Assembly: GCA_963785235.1 (NCBI GenBank) | Contig: CAWAUM010000003.1 | Coordinates: 320,001 to 384,000, forward strand | DNA from: an uncultured delta proteobacterium | Lineage (GTDB): Bacteria > Desulfobacterota > Desulfomonilia > UBA1062 | Direction of reading: 5' to 3' | Length of the DNA: 64,000 nucleotides | Shown here: positions 41,979-51,761 of the stretch, in pieces | How positions within the stretch are numbered: the first letter of the stretch is position 1 | How the letters are laid out: each line of letters begins with the position of its first letter | Notes under the pieces: generated by a model | What the model was told of the DNA's origin: nothing | The model's database searches: none | What the model saw: only the letters and a program-made list of their open reading frames with translations | Made by a program: the position numbers and the translations under genes

Positions 41979-42186
41979 TTAAGATGCGTAAAGACTTGAT
42001 CCGTAAAAACCTGCATCTCCCAGCCGCTAAAGAATGCTAATCTTAACGGACATTCAAGGCTGCTAGATGCAGGTTTTTACGGACCTATTTTAAAACAATT
42101 CCATGCTCACTATGAGTTTTATTCTTAAGGCCTCATAAAACGCATAGAGTATTTATAAAAGAATTCAATTGCACAATCCGGGTTAA
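41979..42186. repeat. Palindromic intergenic element, copy C (reverse orientation to B)
   Basis: 26-bp arms 42000-42025 and 42058-42083 (2 mismatches); end TTCAATTGCACAATCCGGGTTAA. Confidence 0.85.
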
Positions 42187-42251
42187 AGCAGGTTCATCTT
42201 GCTCAATTGATGATCATTCGATACAAAACACTCCACTACCCATCACATACC

Positions 42252-42935
42252 CTATTCTGAGGTATGTATAGCAGCAACATCACGCGGAGGACGTGTAAGC
42301 CGGTAGAACCGGATCTTCTCTGCTGAGAGCAGATCTTTTCCGAGGGAGACATCTCCGATGAACTGAAGCCCTTTAAGCCCCTCCCAGGGTGCCAAGGGTG
42401 TCTTTGCCTGGACTGACCTGGGATAGTAGAAGTTCACCACAAGCGAAATTCCATGTTCCTTTTCCCAGAAGGTTTCGATGAAAGGGTTTCCAACACCCTT
42501 TATGGCAATCTCTGCAGCCGCCCTTGCCATGCCCCATCTATGGGGATCTCTCGGACAGAGGAACTCCTTGGAGAACGGAGACTTTATTGAAACAGCGGGA
42601 TTGAACTGGCCTTTCCTGAAGATCACCCCACTGACCCCTCTCCCATACACCTTCTGCATGGAAGGGGACGCATCCCCAAGGCGTACCCGGTTCATGACCC
42701 CCCAGGCAATGGCCTCATAAACAGGCCTGTAGTCCGGGAAACCCGTGGACGCGGTTTCAGCATAGACAAGCCTGGCAAGGAGCTCAACATCTATGATCCC
42801 GGCTGCTCTAACAGATCTTTCCATTGTAGAGGCAGGTTGAAGTGTAAGGCAGGCAGGTATATCACCAGCACTCACGGGAGAAAAGAAAAGAATGCACCAG
42901 CCTATTAAAAAGATGAGAGTGTATGGTTTCTTCAT
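42252..42935 (-). CDS. Exported cell-wall hydrolase (SleB/Hydrolase_2-like)
   Basis: Signal peptide; LARLVYAE, VMNRV, VIF..GQF. Confidence 0.75.
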   Translation of the reverse strand: MKKPYTLIFLIGWCILFFSPVSAGDIPACLTLQPASTMERSVRAAGIIDVELLARLVYAETASTGFPDYRPVYEAIAWGVMNRVRLGDASPSMQKVYGRGVSGVIFRKGQFNPAVSIKSPFSKEFLCPRDPHRWGMARAAAEIAIKGVGNPFIETFWEKEHGISLVVNFYYPRSVQAKTPLAPWEGLKGLQFIGDVSLGKDLLSAEKIRFYRLTRPPRDVAAIHTSE

Positions 42936-43324
42936 CAGTTTTCCAGGCCTTTTCGTTTCTTCCTGAAATAGATCCAGCCGTACACAATCATGTTTACCAG
43001 TGCCGCCATGACACCAAGGATTATCTGGAACTGCCTGGTAAGGCCCTCCAGGTAGATCATGGGCTCAATGTAATGCATCACAAAGTCGCCGGAATACATA
43101 CCTTGCCCGGCCCATGAGCGCAGTTCATTCTCCAGGGGCGTCAGCGGACAGATTCTGCCGGTCAGTTCAATGATGATCGCCCAGAGGACACACGGGATGT
43201 GCACCCAGATGACCTTGGGCCGGACAAGGGTCAGGATGCCGCCCAGGACCACAAAGAGAATAAAAAAAAGATGGAGTACTACAACGCCGTCGGCAAGAAG
43301 TCGATAATAACATGCACTGGTCAC
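42935..43324 (-). CDS. DUF2784-family membrane protein
   Basis: H..FI.FVV.GG, CPLTPLEN.LR. Confidence 0.88.
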   Translation of the reverse strand: MTSACYYRLLADGVVVLHLFFILFVVLGGILTLVRPKVIWVHIPCVLWAIIIELTGRICPLTPLENELRSWAGQGMYSGDFVMHYIEPMIYLEGLTRQFQIILGVMAALVNMIVYGWIYFRKKRKGLEN

Positions 43325-43453
43325 GTGGCAAATATATTACTTTCAGACATGATTATCAATCTGTCCTAGATCCATGTTTTCATGGTATCATGATTGTTAT
43401 CCGCAATTGATACTCATGATGCCTGAGCGCATTGCATATACACAGGGGGTTAC

Positions 43454-43999
43454 ATGAGAAGAAAGTTAGAAGAATCATTCGGCAAGAGAATCAGCAACAT
43501 GAGAGAGGAAAAAGGGCTCAGTCTGGATGACCTGTCGCGGGACACGGGGTATGCTGTCGAACTGCTTCGGGATGTGGAAGAAGGACGGGTGGCCCCCCCT
43601 GTAGCACTCGTGCTTCAGCTTGGCCGAACTTTCAAGATAGACATCGAGCAACTCCAGGGGCCTCAGGAAAAACAGGCCTCAAAGAAGCGTACGAAAAGCC
43701 ATAAAAAGCGGGTAGCCTCCTACGCATATGCACCCCTGACACAGCCCGGTGAGGAAAAGCACCTGCGGGCATACCGGGTCACTATCGATCCGGCAACCGA
43801 GCACAAGGGTGTTGAATACCACCACGAGGGAGAAGAATTTGTATATGTCCTGGACGGAGGGCTGACCATCCAGGTAGGCCAGAACACCACCATTCTTAAG
43901 AAAGGCGGGAGCATCCACTTTGATTCCTCGCTGCACCACAAGCTCAGCAACCCCACAAAAATGGTGGCCGAGCTCCTGGTTGTCATCTACGTTCCCTGA
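43454..43999 (+). CDS. XRE-family regulator with cupin domain
   Basis: N-terminal HTH; HEGEEFVYVL, FDSSLHH. Confidence 0.9.
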   Translation: MRRKLEESFGKRISNMREEKGLSLDDLSRDTGYAVELLRDVEEGRVAPPVALVLQLGRTFKIDIEQLQGPQEKQASKKRTKSHKKRVASYAYAPLTQPGEEKHLRAYRVTIDPATEHKGVEYHHEGEEFVYVLDGGLTIQVGQNTTILKKGGSIHFDSSLHHKLSNPTKMVAELLVVIYVP

Positions 44000-44008
44000 G
44001 GAGGGGAT

Positions 44009-45148
44009 ATGCCTTTGAATCTCAGCGCAGAACAGGAAATGGTCAGGCTCATGGCCAGGGATTTTGCCAGGAGGGAGCTGGAGCCTTTGGCTGCAAAAAG
44101 AGACAAGGAAGAGATCTTCCCCTTGGATGTGGTGAAAAAGATGGGTCAGCTCGGCCTGCTCGGTATGATGGTGCCTGCCGAATATGGCGGGGCAGCCGCC
44201 GGGGCTGTCAGCTATTGCCTGGCGCTCCAGGAGATAGCCTATTCATGTGCATCCACGGCGGTAACCATGTCGGTGGCAAACCTCTCCACTGAACCGCTTC
44301 TCAAGTTCGGCGATGAAGGCCAGAAGATAAAATACCTCATCAGACTCGCACAGGGTGAGCTGCTCGGTTGCTTTGCCCTTACCGAACCGGGCGCCGGGTC
44401 AGACCCTTCAAGCCTGAGCATAAAGGCCGAGGACAAGGGGGATCACTATCTTGTCAATGGCACGAAAATCTTCATCACCCATGGCGCATATGCGGATGTA
44501 GTGAACCTCATTGTCCGGACCGGAGAGGAAAAGGGCAGCAAAGGCCTTTCTGCAATCATCGTGGAAAAGGGCACGCCGGGATTTTCCATCGGTTCGCATG
44601 AAGACAAAATGGGACTCAGGGCATCCAACACGGTGGAGCTCATCTTTGAAGACTGCAAGGTTCCCAAAGGGAACCTGATTGGAAAGACCGGAATCGGCTT
44701 CAAGATAGCCATGTCGGCCCTGGACAGCGGCCGCATCGGCATCGCCTCTCAGGCCATCGGGATCGCACGGTCCTGCCTGGATGAGGCCATCAGGTATGCC
44801 AAGGCGCGTAAACAGTTCGGTAAAACCATCAGCTCTTTCCAGGCCATCCAGTGGATGATCGCAGACATGGCAACCGGCATCGAAGCGGCTCATCTCCTTT
44901 CCCTGTCGGCTGCGGGAAGAAAGGACCAGGGTGTGCCCTTCACGAAAGAGGCATCCATGGCAAAACTCTTTGCCTCTGAAATGGCTAACAAGACAGCCTA
45001 TAGAGCCCTGCAGATCCACGGCGGCTACGGGTATGTCAAGGAATTCAAGGTGGAGCGCCTCTACCGCGACGCCAGGGCCACCACGATCTATGAAGGTACG
45101 TCTGAAATTCAGCGACTGGTCATTGCGCGGGAGCTCCTGAGGGATTAA
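44009..45148 (+). CDS. Acyl-CoA dehydrogenase (short-chain/butyryl-CoA type)
   Basis: FALTEPGAGSD, GTKIFIT, RKQFGK, HGGYGY, IYEGTSEIQ. Confidence 0.95.
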   Translation: MPLNLSAEQEMVRLMARDFARRELEPLAAKRDKEEIFPLDVVKKMGQLGLLGMMVPAEYGGAAAGAVSYCLALQEIAYSCASTAVTMSVANLSTEPLLKFGDEGQKIKYLIRLAQGELLGCFALTEPGAGSDPSSLSIKAEDKGDHYLVNGTKIFITHGAYADVVNLIVRTGEEKGSKGLSAIIVEKGTPGFSIGSHEDKMGLRASNTVELIFEDCKVPKGNLIGKTGIGFKIAMSALDSGRIGIASQAIGIARSCLDEAIRYAKARKQFGKTISSFQAIQWMIADMATGIEAAHLLSLSAAGRKDQGVPFTKEASMAKLFASEMANKTAYRALQIHGGYGYVKEFKVERLYRDARATTIYEGTSEIQRLVIARELLRD

Positions 45149-45185
45149 TATGCATAATGAATCCTCAGCGCAAAAGGAAACTACC

Positions 45186-45782
45186 ATGAAGGTATCGGTG
45201 ATCCTGGCCCATCCCGACACAGGGAGCTTCAACCATGCCATTGCTGAATTTGCCATAGACAAACTCCAGGAGAATGGACACAAGGCAATCTTTCACGACC
45301 TCTATGAAGAAGGGTTCGACCCTATCCTTACCTCTGATGAGATCCCAAGGGATGCCCAGTTGGCACCCCATCTCACACAGCACTGCGATGAAATCGCAAA
45401 GGCTGACGGCATTATTGTGATCCACCCCAACTGGTGGGGCCAGCCGCCCGCCATCCTTAAAGGGTGGATCGACAGGGTTTTCCGCCCAGGGGTGGCGTAT
45501 GAATTCGAAGAGGGAGACCTGGGCGAAGGGGTGCCCAACGGCCTGCTGAGGGCAAAGACGGCCCTTGTGTTCAACACCTCAAACACCCATGCCGAGCGTG
45601 AGACCAGGGTCTTCGGCGATCCCCTTGAAGCCCTGTGGAAAAATTGTATATTCGGCCTGTGCGGAGTGCAGATGTTCGAACGAAGGACCTTCAGCGTCAT
45701 GGTCACAAGCACGGTAGAACAGCGGCGCAAGTGGCTGCTTGAGGTCAGGGGTATTGTTTCGACCTACTTCCCTAAGGTCTGA
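45186..45782 (+). CDS. NAD(P)H-dependent flavodoxin-fold oxidoreductase
   Basis: AHP...SFN, P.WW..PPAILKGWIDRV. Confidence 0.9.
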   Translation: MKVSVILAHPDTGSFNHAIAEFAIDKLQENGHKAIFHDLYEEGFDPILTSDEIPRDAQLAPHLTQHCDEIAKADGIIVIHPNWWGQPPAILKGWIDRVFRPGVAYEFEEGDLGEGVPNGLLRAKTALVFNTSNTHAERETRVFGDPLEALWKNCIFGLCGVQMFERRTFSVMVTSTVEQRRKWLLEVRGIVSTYFPKV

Positions 45783-45796
45783 AGGGGAACATATTG

Positions 45797-45822
45797 AAGG
45801 CAGGCATAAGGCCTGCCCTTAC
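45797..45822 (-). repeat. Single GTAG-type REP-like hairpin between convergent genes
   Basis: Minus strand GTAAGGGCAGGCCTTATGCCTGCCTT. Confidence 0.45.
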
Positions 45823-45864
45823 AACCTCATTTTAATTTCTGGGCACAGTTCACTTATCACGCTT

Positions 45865-47847
45865 TCATGCCATCACCCTGATGGGCAGGATCATCATGGC
45901 AGTGCCTTCCCACTGGAGGCGGCGCTGTATGGCAAAGGCCGTCTCATTATGGAGGAACCTCTGGAACATGCTCTGTTTCTGGAAGATAAGCTGGCCTGCG
46001 AACACCGTTGAACGGGCGAACTCACTTGCAACCGTCTGACAGAGATTGGTAGCCGTTTCGACCACATCGATCCCGATATCCACACGGTACTCTGCAGCGA
46101 AACCGAGTTTCCGGGCAAGGTTTACGTATTTCTTCAACCCGTCTTCAACGGAACGCTTCAGCGCCTCCATTTCTTCAACACCCTTAAAAGAGCCCGAATC
46201 GATCTCTCCAATGGAGACGAAGATAAAATTCTTGTACACGTTCGGGAAGGTCCTGATTATGGAAAGGAAGGAGTGCAGGCCGAACCCGTTGTAGCCGCCT
46301 ACAAGCAGGACGGCCGTCATATCGTTCGGATCGCACTGGTCGGTGTTCACCTTGGAGCCTTCCAGGTACATGCCCATGAGAATATCATCAAGTGAACGGG
46401 CGCCCTTCCTTACATTCCGGTAGTGGCCGCGAATGACGTAGCACAGCGCAATGATACATCCGGTGATGAGCAGTGTCATCCACCCGCCTTCCTTGAATTT
46501 TATCACCACCGTGACGACAAGGATCGTGAGACACAGGATAAACCCAAGAAGATGGACACTGATGTACCGCTTCCATGGTATATCCCTATTCCTCCTCTTC
46601 AGGTAGAAGTTCATCATGCCGAACTGGTCGAGCGAGAAGGTGAGGAACACGTTGATGGAATACATGATTACCAGCGCAGTGACCGAACCCTTCGTATACA
46701 GGAGCAGCGCCAGTGATGATATGCCCATGAGCAGGACACCATCCTGCATGGTGAGGCGTTCCGAGAGTGCAGCGAAGCGGCGGGGGAACCACATGTCTAT
46801 GGCCATGTTGCCCATGATCCTCGGGCCGCCGATGAATCCTGCCTGTGCGCCTACGATAAGGAGTGCGCCTTCCGAAAGGATGGTGATAAGGGCTATGGTG
46901 CCGCCCAGAGGCCATGCACCGAAGACCGCATCTGCCAGCATTGCGTTCATGGTCCGGCCCTGGGTGGGCCTGATGTCGAATAAGAGGTAGCTTACGATGA
47001 GTCCGCTTGCCATGAAGGCCAGAGACAGGGCCATATAGAGCATGGTGCGCTTACCATTGGGGATTTTAGGCTCGCGCATGACCTGCATGCTGTTGGAGAC
47101 CGCCTCGATGCCGGTGTAGGTTCCTCCTCCCATGGAGAAGGCCCTCAGGAAAAGGGCCATAACCCCGACAAACCCTATGGCCTGCATGTCTCTTGAGATA
47201 TCGCCGTGGAGATTCTGTGCTATGATGCCTGCCTTGGGGAAATGGGTCCCAATCCCATAAGCCAGAAGAATCACATGGGTTGCAAGGTATATCAAAAAGA
47301 TCGGGGCGAGAACCGTTACGGATTCCTTCGCCCCTCTCAGGTTCATGATTATGAGGAATATGATGAGGAATACGACAAAAGGGACTTTGAACATGTAGTA
47401 CTCATATGGCAGAAAGCTGAAGATGGCATCCCCGCAGGAAGCCAATGACACAGTGATGGTAAGGATATAGTCCACAAGCAGGGAACACCCCGAGATTATG
47501 CCCGCGGTCTTTCCGATGGTATGGGTGGCAACGATGTACCCGCCTCCACCATGCGGAAAGTGCTCGATGATGCGCGTATAGGTAAAGGAGATCACGAACA
47601 CCGTGAAGGCCATTGCAACGGCCATGAACAGCGCCAGGTACGTGTGATCCCCAAGTGCTCGAAATGCCTCTTCCGGCCCGTAGGAGGATGACGAAAGACC
47701 GTCCGCTCCTAGTCCTATCCAGGCAAGCAACGGGATAAGGCTCAATTTATGAAAAATGGAGGCCTCTTTCAGATTCTTGGGCTCACCGATAAGCTTCCGC
47801 TTTATACGCTGCAGGAAATTCAGGTCACTCTGGCCGTTCATGGGCAT
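45865..47847 (-). CDS. KimA/YdaO-like APC-superfamily K+ transporter, paralog 2
   Basis: GADGLSSSSYG, GGGGY, VDYILT, TGIEAVSN, cytosolic C-terminal domain ending LHN; riboswitch upstream. Confidence 0.87.
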   Translation of the reverse strand: MPMNGQSDLNFLQRIKRKLIGEPKNLKEASIFHKLSLIPLLAWIGLGADGLSSSSYGPEEAFRALGDHTYLALFMAVAMAFTVFVISFTYTRIIEHFPHGGGGYIVATHTIGKTAGIISGCSLLVDYILTITVSLASCGDAIFSFLPYEYYMFKVPFVVFLIIFLIIMNLRGAKESVTVLAPIFLIYLATHVILLAYGIGTHFPKAGIIAQNLHGDISRDMQAIGFVGVMALFLRAFSMGGGTYTGIEAVSNSMQVMREPKIPNGKRTMLYMALSLAFMASGLIVSYLLFDIRPTQGRTMNAMLADAVFGAWPLGGTIALITILSEGALLIVGAQAGFIGGPRIMGNMAIDMWFPRRFAALSERLTMQDGVLLMGISSLALLLYTKGSVTALVIMYSINVFLTFSLDQFGMMNFYLKRRNRDIPWKRYISVHLLGFILCLTILVVTVVIKFKEGGWMTLLITGCIIALCYVIRGHYRNVRKGARSLDDILMGMYLEGSKVNTDQCDPNDMTAVLLVGGYNGFGLHSFLSIIRTFPNVYKNFIFVSIGEIDSGSFKGVEEMEALKRSVEDGLKKYVNLARKLGFAAEYRVDIGIDVVETATNLCQTVASEFARSTVFAGQLIFQKQSMFQRFLHNETAFAIQRRLQWEGTAMMILPIRVMA

Positions 47848-47942
47848 CTGATATTACTTGGCAACGAAACCTAGCATAGGGTCCCGGAAGTCATATTCCA
47901 TCTGCGGAAGCTACAACTGCTGCCATGATCCATGCAATAACA

Positions 47943-48075
47943 TCCTTCCAAAAGCCTGCGAGGTTAGCTGACGGGCTCGGGCCTGAAAGTGCCCTATCCT
48001 TATCCAGGAATACGCCCCATAAACCGGGGTCCCCCGCATCCGTCTCTCTGACGGATTTTGGCTGTGTTTGCAGCC
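47943..48075 (-). ncRNA. c-di-AMP (ydaO/yuaA) riboswitch
   Basis: GCGGGGGACCC...TGGGGCG...TAGGG...CCCGAGCCCGTCAGCTAACCTCGCAGGC...GGAAGGA; TTGACA at 48105-48100 upstream. Confidence 0.92.
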
Positions 48076-48232
48076 TGATATATGCTCGGCTCAAAACCTT
48101 GTCAATGGATATTTCCCATAAAGGATCACCAGAGGACTCACTACTGCTATAGATGTTCATTGCCGATTTGCATTCCTGAGAACAGAATTTTGAGCTTCAT
48201 TTACCAGGTGTTTAGGTGTTCAAAATACAATT

Positions 48233-50215
48233 CTACATCATGACTCTTATGGGCAGGATCACCATAGCTACGCCTTCCCACTGAAGCCGGCGCTGGATAG
48301 AAAAGGCAGTCTCGTTGTGAAGAAAACGCTGGAACATGCCCTCCTTCTTAAATATGAGCTTACCTGCAAAAATCATGGAACTGGGATATTCCTTTGCAAC
48401 AGTCTCGCAGAGAGTCGTGGCGGTCTCGACAACATCCGTACCGATGTCCATGCGGTAGTCCGCAGGATAACCCAGGTTCCTGGCAAGGCCCACATACTTT
48501 TTCAGCCCGTCTATAACATAACTCTTCAGTGCCTCTACCTCTTCAATCCCCTTGAAAGAGCCCGAATCGATCTCTCCCACTGAGACAAAGATAAAATTCT
48601 TATACATGTTGGGGAAGCTTCGAAATATTGAAAGGAATGAGTGAAGGCCGAACCCGCCATAGCCGCTCACCAGGATAATGGCTGTCATATCGTTCGGGTC
48701 AGGCGGATTCGAGTTGATCTTTGATCCCTCCAGATACATCCCCATGAGTATATCGTCCAGCGATCGTGTCCCTTTCCTTACCCTGCGATAGTGACCGCGG
48801 ATGATATAGCACAGGGCCAGCAGGCAGCCAGTGATAAGGAGCGTCACCCACCCGCCTTCTTTGAACTTGATGAATACCGTGACGACAAGGATTGTCAAAC
48901 ACAGGACGAATCCGATAATATGGACGGGGAGATACCGCATCCATTTCGTTTCCTTTTTCTTTCTCTTCAAATAAAACTTGATCATCCCGAACTGGGACAA
49001 GGAGAAGGTCAGAAATACGTTGATGGAGTACATGACCACCAGGGCAGAAACCGACCCATTTGTATAGATGAGGAGAGCCAGCGATGATATCCCCATGAGC
49101 AAGACGCCATCCTGCATAGTGAGGCGCTCTGATAGCGCTGCAAAACGCCTGGGGAGCCAGAGGTCGATAGCCATGTTTCCCATGATCCTCGGCCCACCGA
49201 TAAAACCTGCCTGTGCGCCGACCATGAGGAGCGCGCCTTCCGAAAGGATGGTGACAAGAGCTATGGTGCCACCAAAAGGCCATGCACCGAAGACCCCGTC
49301 TGCTAGCATGGCATTCATTGTCCTACCAGGTGTCGGCCTGATGCCGAAGAGGAGATAGCAGACAATGAGGCCGCTTGCCATGATGGCCAGGGACAGTGCC
49401 ATATAGAGCATTGTCCGCTTGCCGTTGGGGACTCTGGGCTCTCGTATGACCTGCATGCTGTTGGAGACAGCCTCGATACCTGTGTAGGTTCCACCCCCCA
49501 TGGAAAAGGCCCTGAGGAAAAGCCCCATTACCCCGATGAATCCGATTGCCCCCATGTCTTTTGCGAGATCCACATGCAGTTCTTCAACAATGGCTTCAGT
49601 CCCTGAGATATGGGTCCCGATCCCATACCCGAGCAGAAGGATATGGGTTACAAGGAATATGAGAAAGATCGGTGCCAGGATAGTGACGGATTCCTTCACC
49701 CCCCTTAAGTTTATGATCATGAGAAAGATGATAAGGAACACCGCAAAGGGGACCTTGAACATATGATATTGCATGGGGAGAAAGCTGAATATTGCATCAC
49801 CGCATGATGCGAGCGACACGGTGATAGTAAGCACGTAGTCCACAAGCAGGGCGGACCCGGAAACGATACCTGCAGTCTGTCCGATGGTATGGGTGGCCAC
49901 GATATATCCCCCGCCGCCATGCGGGAAGTGCTCGATGATGCGCGAGTAGGCATACGAGATGACAAAGACCGTGAAAGCCGTTGCAAGGGCAAGGAACAAG
50001 GCCAGGTAGGTGTGGGTGCCCAGCGCACGGAATGCCTCTTCAGGGCCATATGAAGATGATGAGAGACCGTCGGCACCCAGGCCGATCCAGGCAAGCAGCG
50101 GTATCAGGCTCAGCTTGTGGAAGATGGAAGGTTCGTTCAAATCCCTTGGGGCACCGATGATCTTCCGCCTCAATTGTTGCCACAGGCTCAGTCCATTCGT
50201 AACCTCAGACATCAC
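48233..50215 (-). CDS. KimA/YdaO-like APC-superfamily K+ transporter, paralog 1
   Basis: Same motifs; 660 aa and colinear with 45865-47847. Confidence 0.87.
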   Translation of the reverse strand: MMSEVTNGLSLWQQLRRKIIGAPRDLNEPSIFHKLSLIPLLAWIGLGADGLSSSSYGPEEAFRALGTHTYLALFLALATAFTVFVISYAYSRIIEHFPHGGGGYIVATHTIGQTAGIVSGSALLVDYVLTITVSLASCGDAIFSFLPMQYHMFKVPFAVFLIIFLMIINLRGVKESVTILAPIFLIFLVTHILLLGYGIGTHISGTEAIVEELHVDLAKDMGAIGFIGVMGLFLRAFSMGGGTYTGIEAVSNSMQVIREPRVPNGKRTMLYMALSLAIMASGLIVCYLLFGIRPTPGRTMNAMLADGVFGAWPFGGTIALVTILSEGALLMVGAQAGFIGGPRIMGNMAIDLWLPRRFAALSERLTMQDGVLLMGISSLALLIYTNGSVSALVVMYSINVFLTFSLSQFGMIKFYLKRKKKETKWMRYLPVHIIGFVLCLTILVVTVFIKFKEGGWVTLLITGCLLALCYIIRGHYRRVRKGTRSLDDILMGMYLEGSKINSNPPDPNDMTAIILVSGYGGFGLHSFLSIFRSFPNMYKNFIFVSVGEIDSGSFKGIEEVEALKSYVIDGLKKYVGLARNLGYPADYRMDIGTDVVETATTLCETVAKEYPSSMIFAGKLIFKKEGMFQRFLHNETAFSIQRRLQWEGVAMVILPIRVMM

Positions 50216-50308
50216 GATTCACTTTAGAATAACAGGCAAATAAGGCATTATTGGGGATCAGATACCAAAGGTATGCAACACACCTAACACCCTCATCCAT
50301 AGCATAAT

Positions 50309-50442
50309 ATCCTTCCAAAAGCCTACGAGGTTAGCTGCCGGGCTCGGACATGGAAGTGTCCTATCCATATGAAGGAATACGCCCCAAAAACCGGGTCCCC
50401 CGCATCCGCTATTTAAGCTGATTTCGGCTATATTTGCAGCCT
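50309..50442 (-). ncRNA. c-di-AMP (ydaO/yuaA) riboswitch
   Basis: GCCGAAATC...GCGGGGGACCC...TGGGGCG...CCGAGCCCGGCAGCTAACCTCGTAGGC...GGAAGGA; TTGACA at 50472-50467 upstream. Confidence 0.92.
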
Positions 50443-50629
50443 GATATATGCCCTGGTGTAAGACCTTGTCAACGGATATTTCCCCATGACATGAAGTGCT
50501 GTTTTCGTGAGGATTTCAGAGCTTTTTTGATTATTATTTGCTGCAACAATAAAATCATAAAGTTACATGGCTGTTCTCGGGATATATAACATATAACACA
50601 TTGATTTATTGTCAATTTACCACTAATTC

Positions 50630-50658
50630 TTGACAGGCCATGCATTGAATGCTAATTT
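50630..50658 (+). promoter_or_regulatory. sigma70 promoter upstream of the NlpC/P60 gene
   Basis: TTGACA-N17-TAATTT with TGn extension. Confidence 0.55.
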
Positions 50659-50740
50659 TGTAATCAATAAATAATACTTCAGAGGTTCAAGTTCAGAACC
50701 GAGATAATATGTAATTAACTGAGAACGACGGGGGTTTGTT

Positions 50741-51700
50741 ATGCTGAGAAAATTCATACCCGCTCCAGTTATATTCTTCATAGTACTAGGACTCATCACC
50801 GGGGCAGGTTTTCAGAAAACCGCCATGGCCCGGACTACCAGCATGCTTACAACTCCGGCCCTGACCGGCAAGAATAATACCGGCACCGAGCAGTCGAACC
50901 GAAAATCGCAGATCGTCACTAAAAGTAATAAGTCGGAAAAGGAAGCAACAATCAAAAAAGGGTCTGCCAAGAAAAAAACTCTCACAACCAAACACGCTGT
51001 CAAGAAAAAACAGGCAGCCCATTCACCCAAAAAAAAGGCACAGATTGCAAAGAAGGCAACAAAGAATACCCATTCCAAGAAACATGTTATAGCAGGCAGT
51101 AAGGGCCATAAGCATAAGAAGGCCGGCCTTGCCAGACATCCTGGAAAGAGCTCGAAACATCGACTCGCCAAAAGATCAAGGGTGAAAAAGGTCGTCGAAC
51201 CCATCACAACTACCGAACAGACACCGGTCGACCCTGTTGTGGATCTCTGGCTTGCAAAGGATGCACCTGAGAGATTCAGAGAAGGCACCAATGACCACGA
51301 ACTTAATGAGCTGACCCTGAAAATCCTGGAATCCGCGATCAGTTATCTGGGAACGCCATACCGCTATGGGGGGACAACCCCGAATGGATTTGACTGTTCA
51401 GGGTTTGTCCGCCACGTATTCAGCGAAAACGGCATCTCATTGGGCCGTTCATCAAGGGATCAGGCCCTCGAGGGGAAGCGGATCTCCCTGTATGATCTGA
51501 AACCGGGAGACCTCCTCTTTTTCAACATGCGCAGAAGAAAACAGCAGCATATAGACCATGTAGGCCTCTACATTGGAAAAGGACAATTCATTCATGCCTC
51601 GTCAAACCACTCTCGTGAAATAGCGATCGAAAATCTGGACACGGAACGATATCTGCCCAAGATCGTTGAGGCAAGAAGGGTCCTGGATACGATCCAGTAG
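50741..51700 (+). CDS. NlpC/P60 (C40) peptidoglycan endopeptidase with Lys/His-rich N-terminal region
   Basis: GTPYRYGG, FDCSGF, HVGLY, FIHAS. Confidence 0.92.
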   Translation: MLRKFIPAPVIFFIVLGLITGAGFQKTAMARTTSMLTTPALTGKNNTGTEQSNRKSQIVTKSNKSEKEATIKKGSAKKKTLTTKHAVKKKQAAHSPKKKAQIAKKATKNTHSKKHVIAGSKGHKHKKAGLARHPGKSSKHRLAKRSRVKKVVEPITTTEQTPVDPVVDLWLAKDAPERFREGTNDHELNELTLKILESAISYLGTPYRYGGTTPNGFDCSGFVRHVFSENGISLGRSSRDQALEGKRISLYDLKPGDLLFFNMRRRKQQHIDHVGLYIGKGQFIHASSNHSREIAIENLDTERYLPKIVEARRVLDTIQ

Positions 51701-51707
51701 ATCATCA

Positions 51708-51761
51708 AAGGATTTGAGCGGATCGGGTTTTTTACGTTTCTAAACGCGATATCACGATTCA
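51708..51761. repeat. Degenerate half copy of palindromic element
   Basis: AAGGATTTGAGCGGATCGGGTTTTTTAC...GCGATATCACGATTCA resembles the right flank of copy B. Confidence 0.45.

Noticed and set aside
47891-48160. 89-aa and 75-aa ORFs between the KimA paralogs
   Set aside because: They run through the promoter and riboswitch; likely incidental apart from the short 3' part discussed as a uORF.
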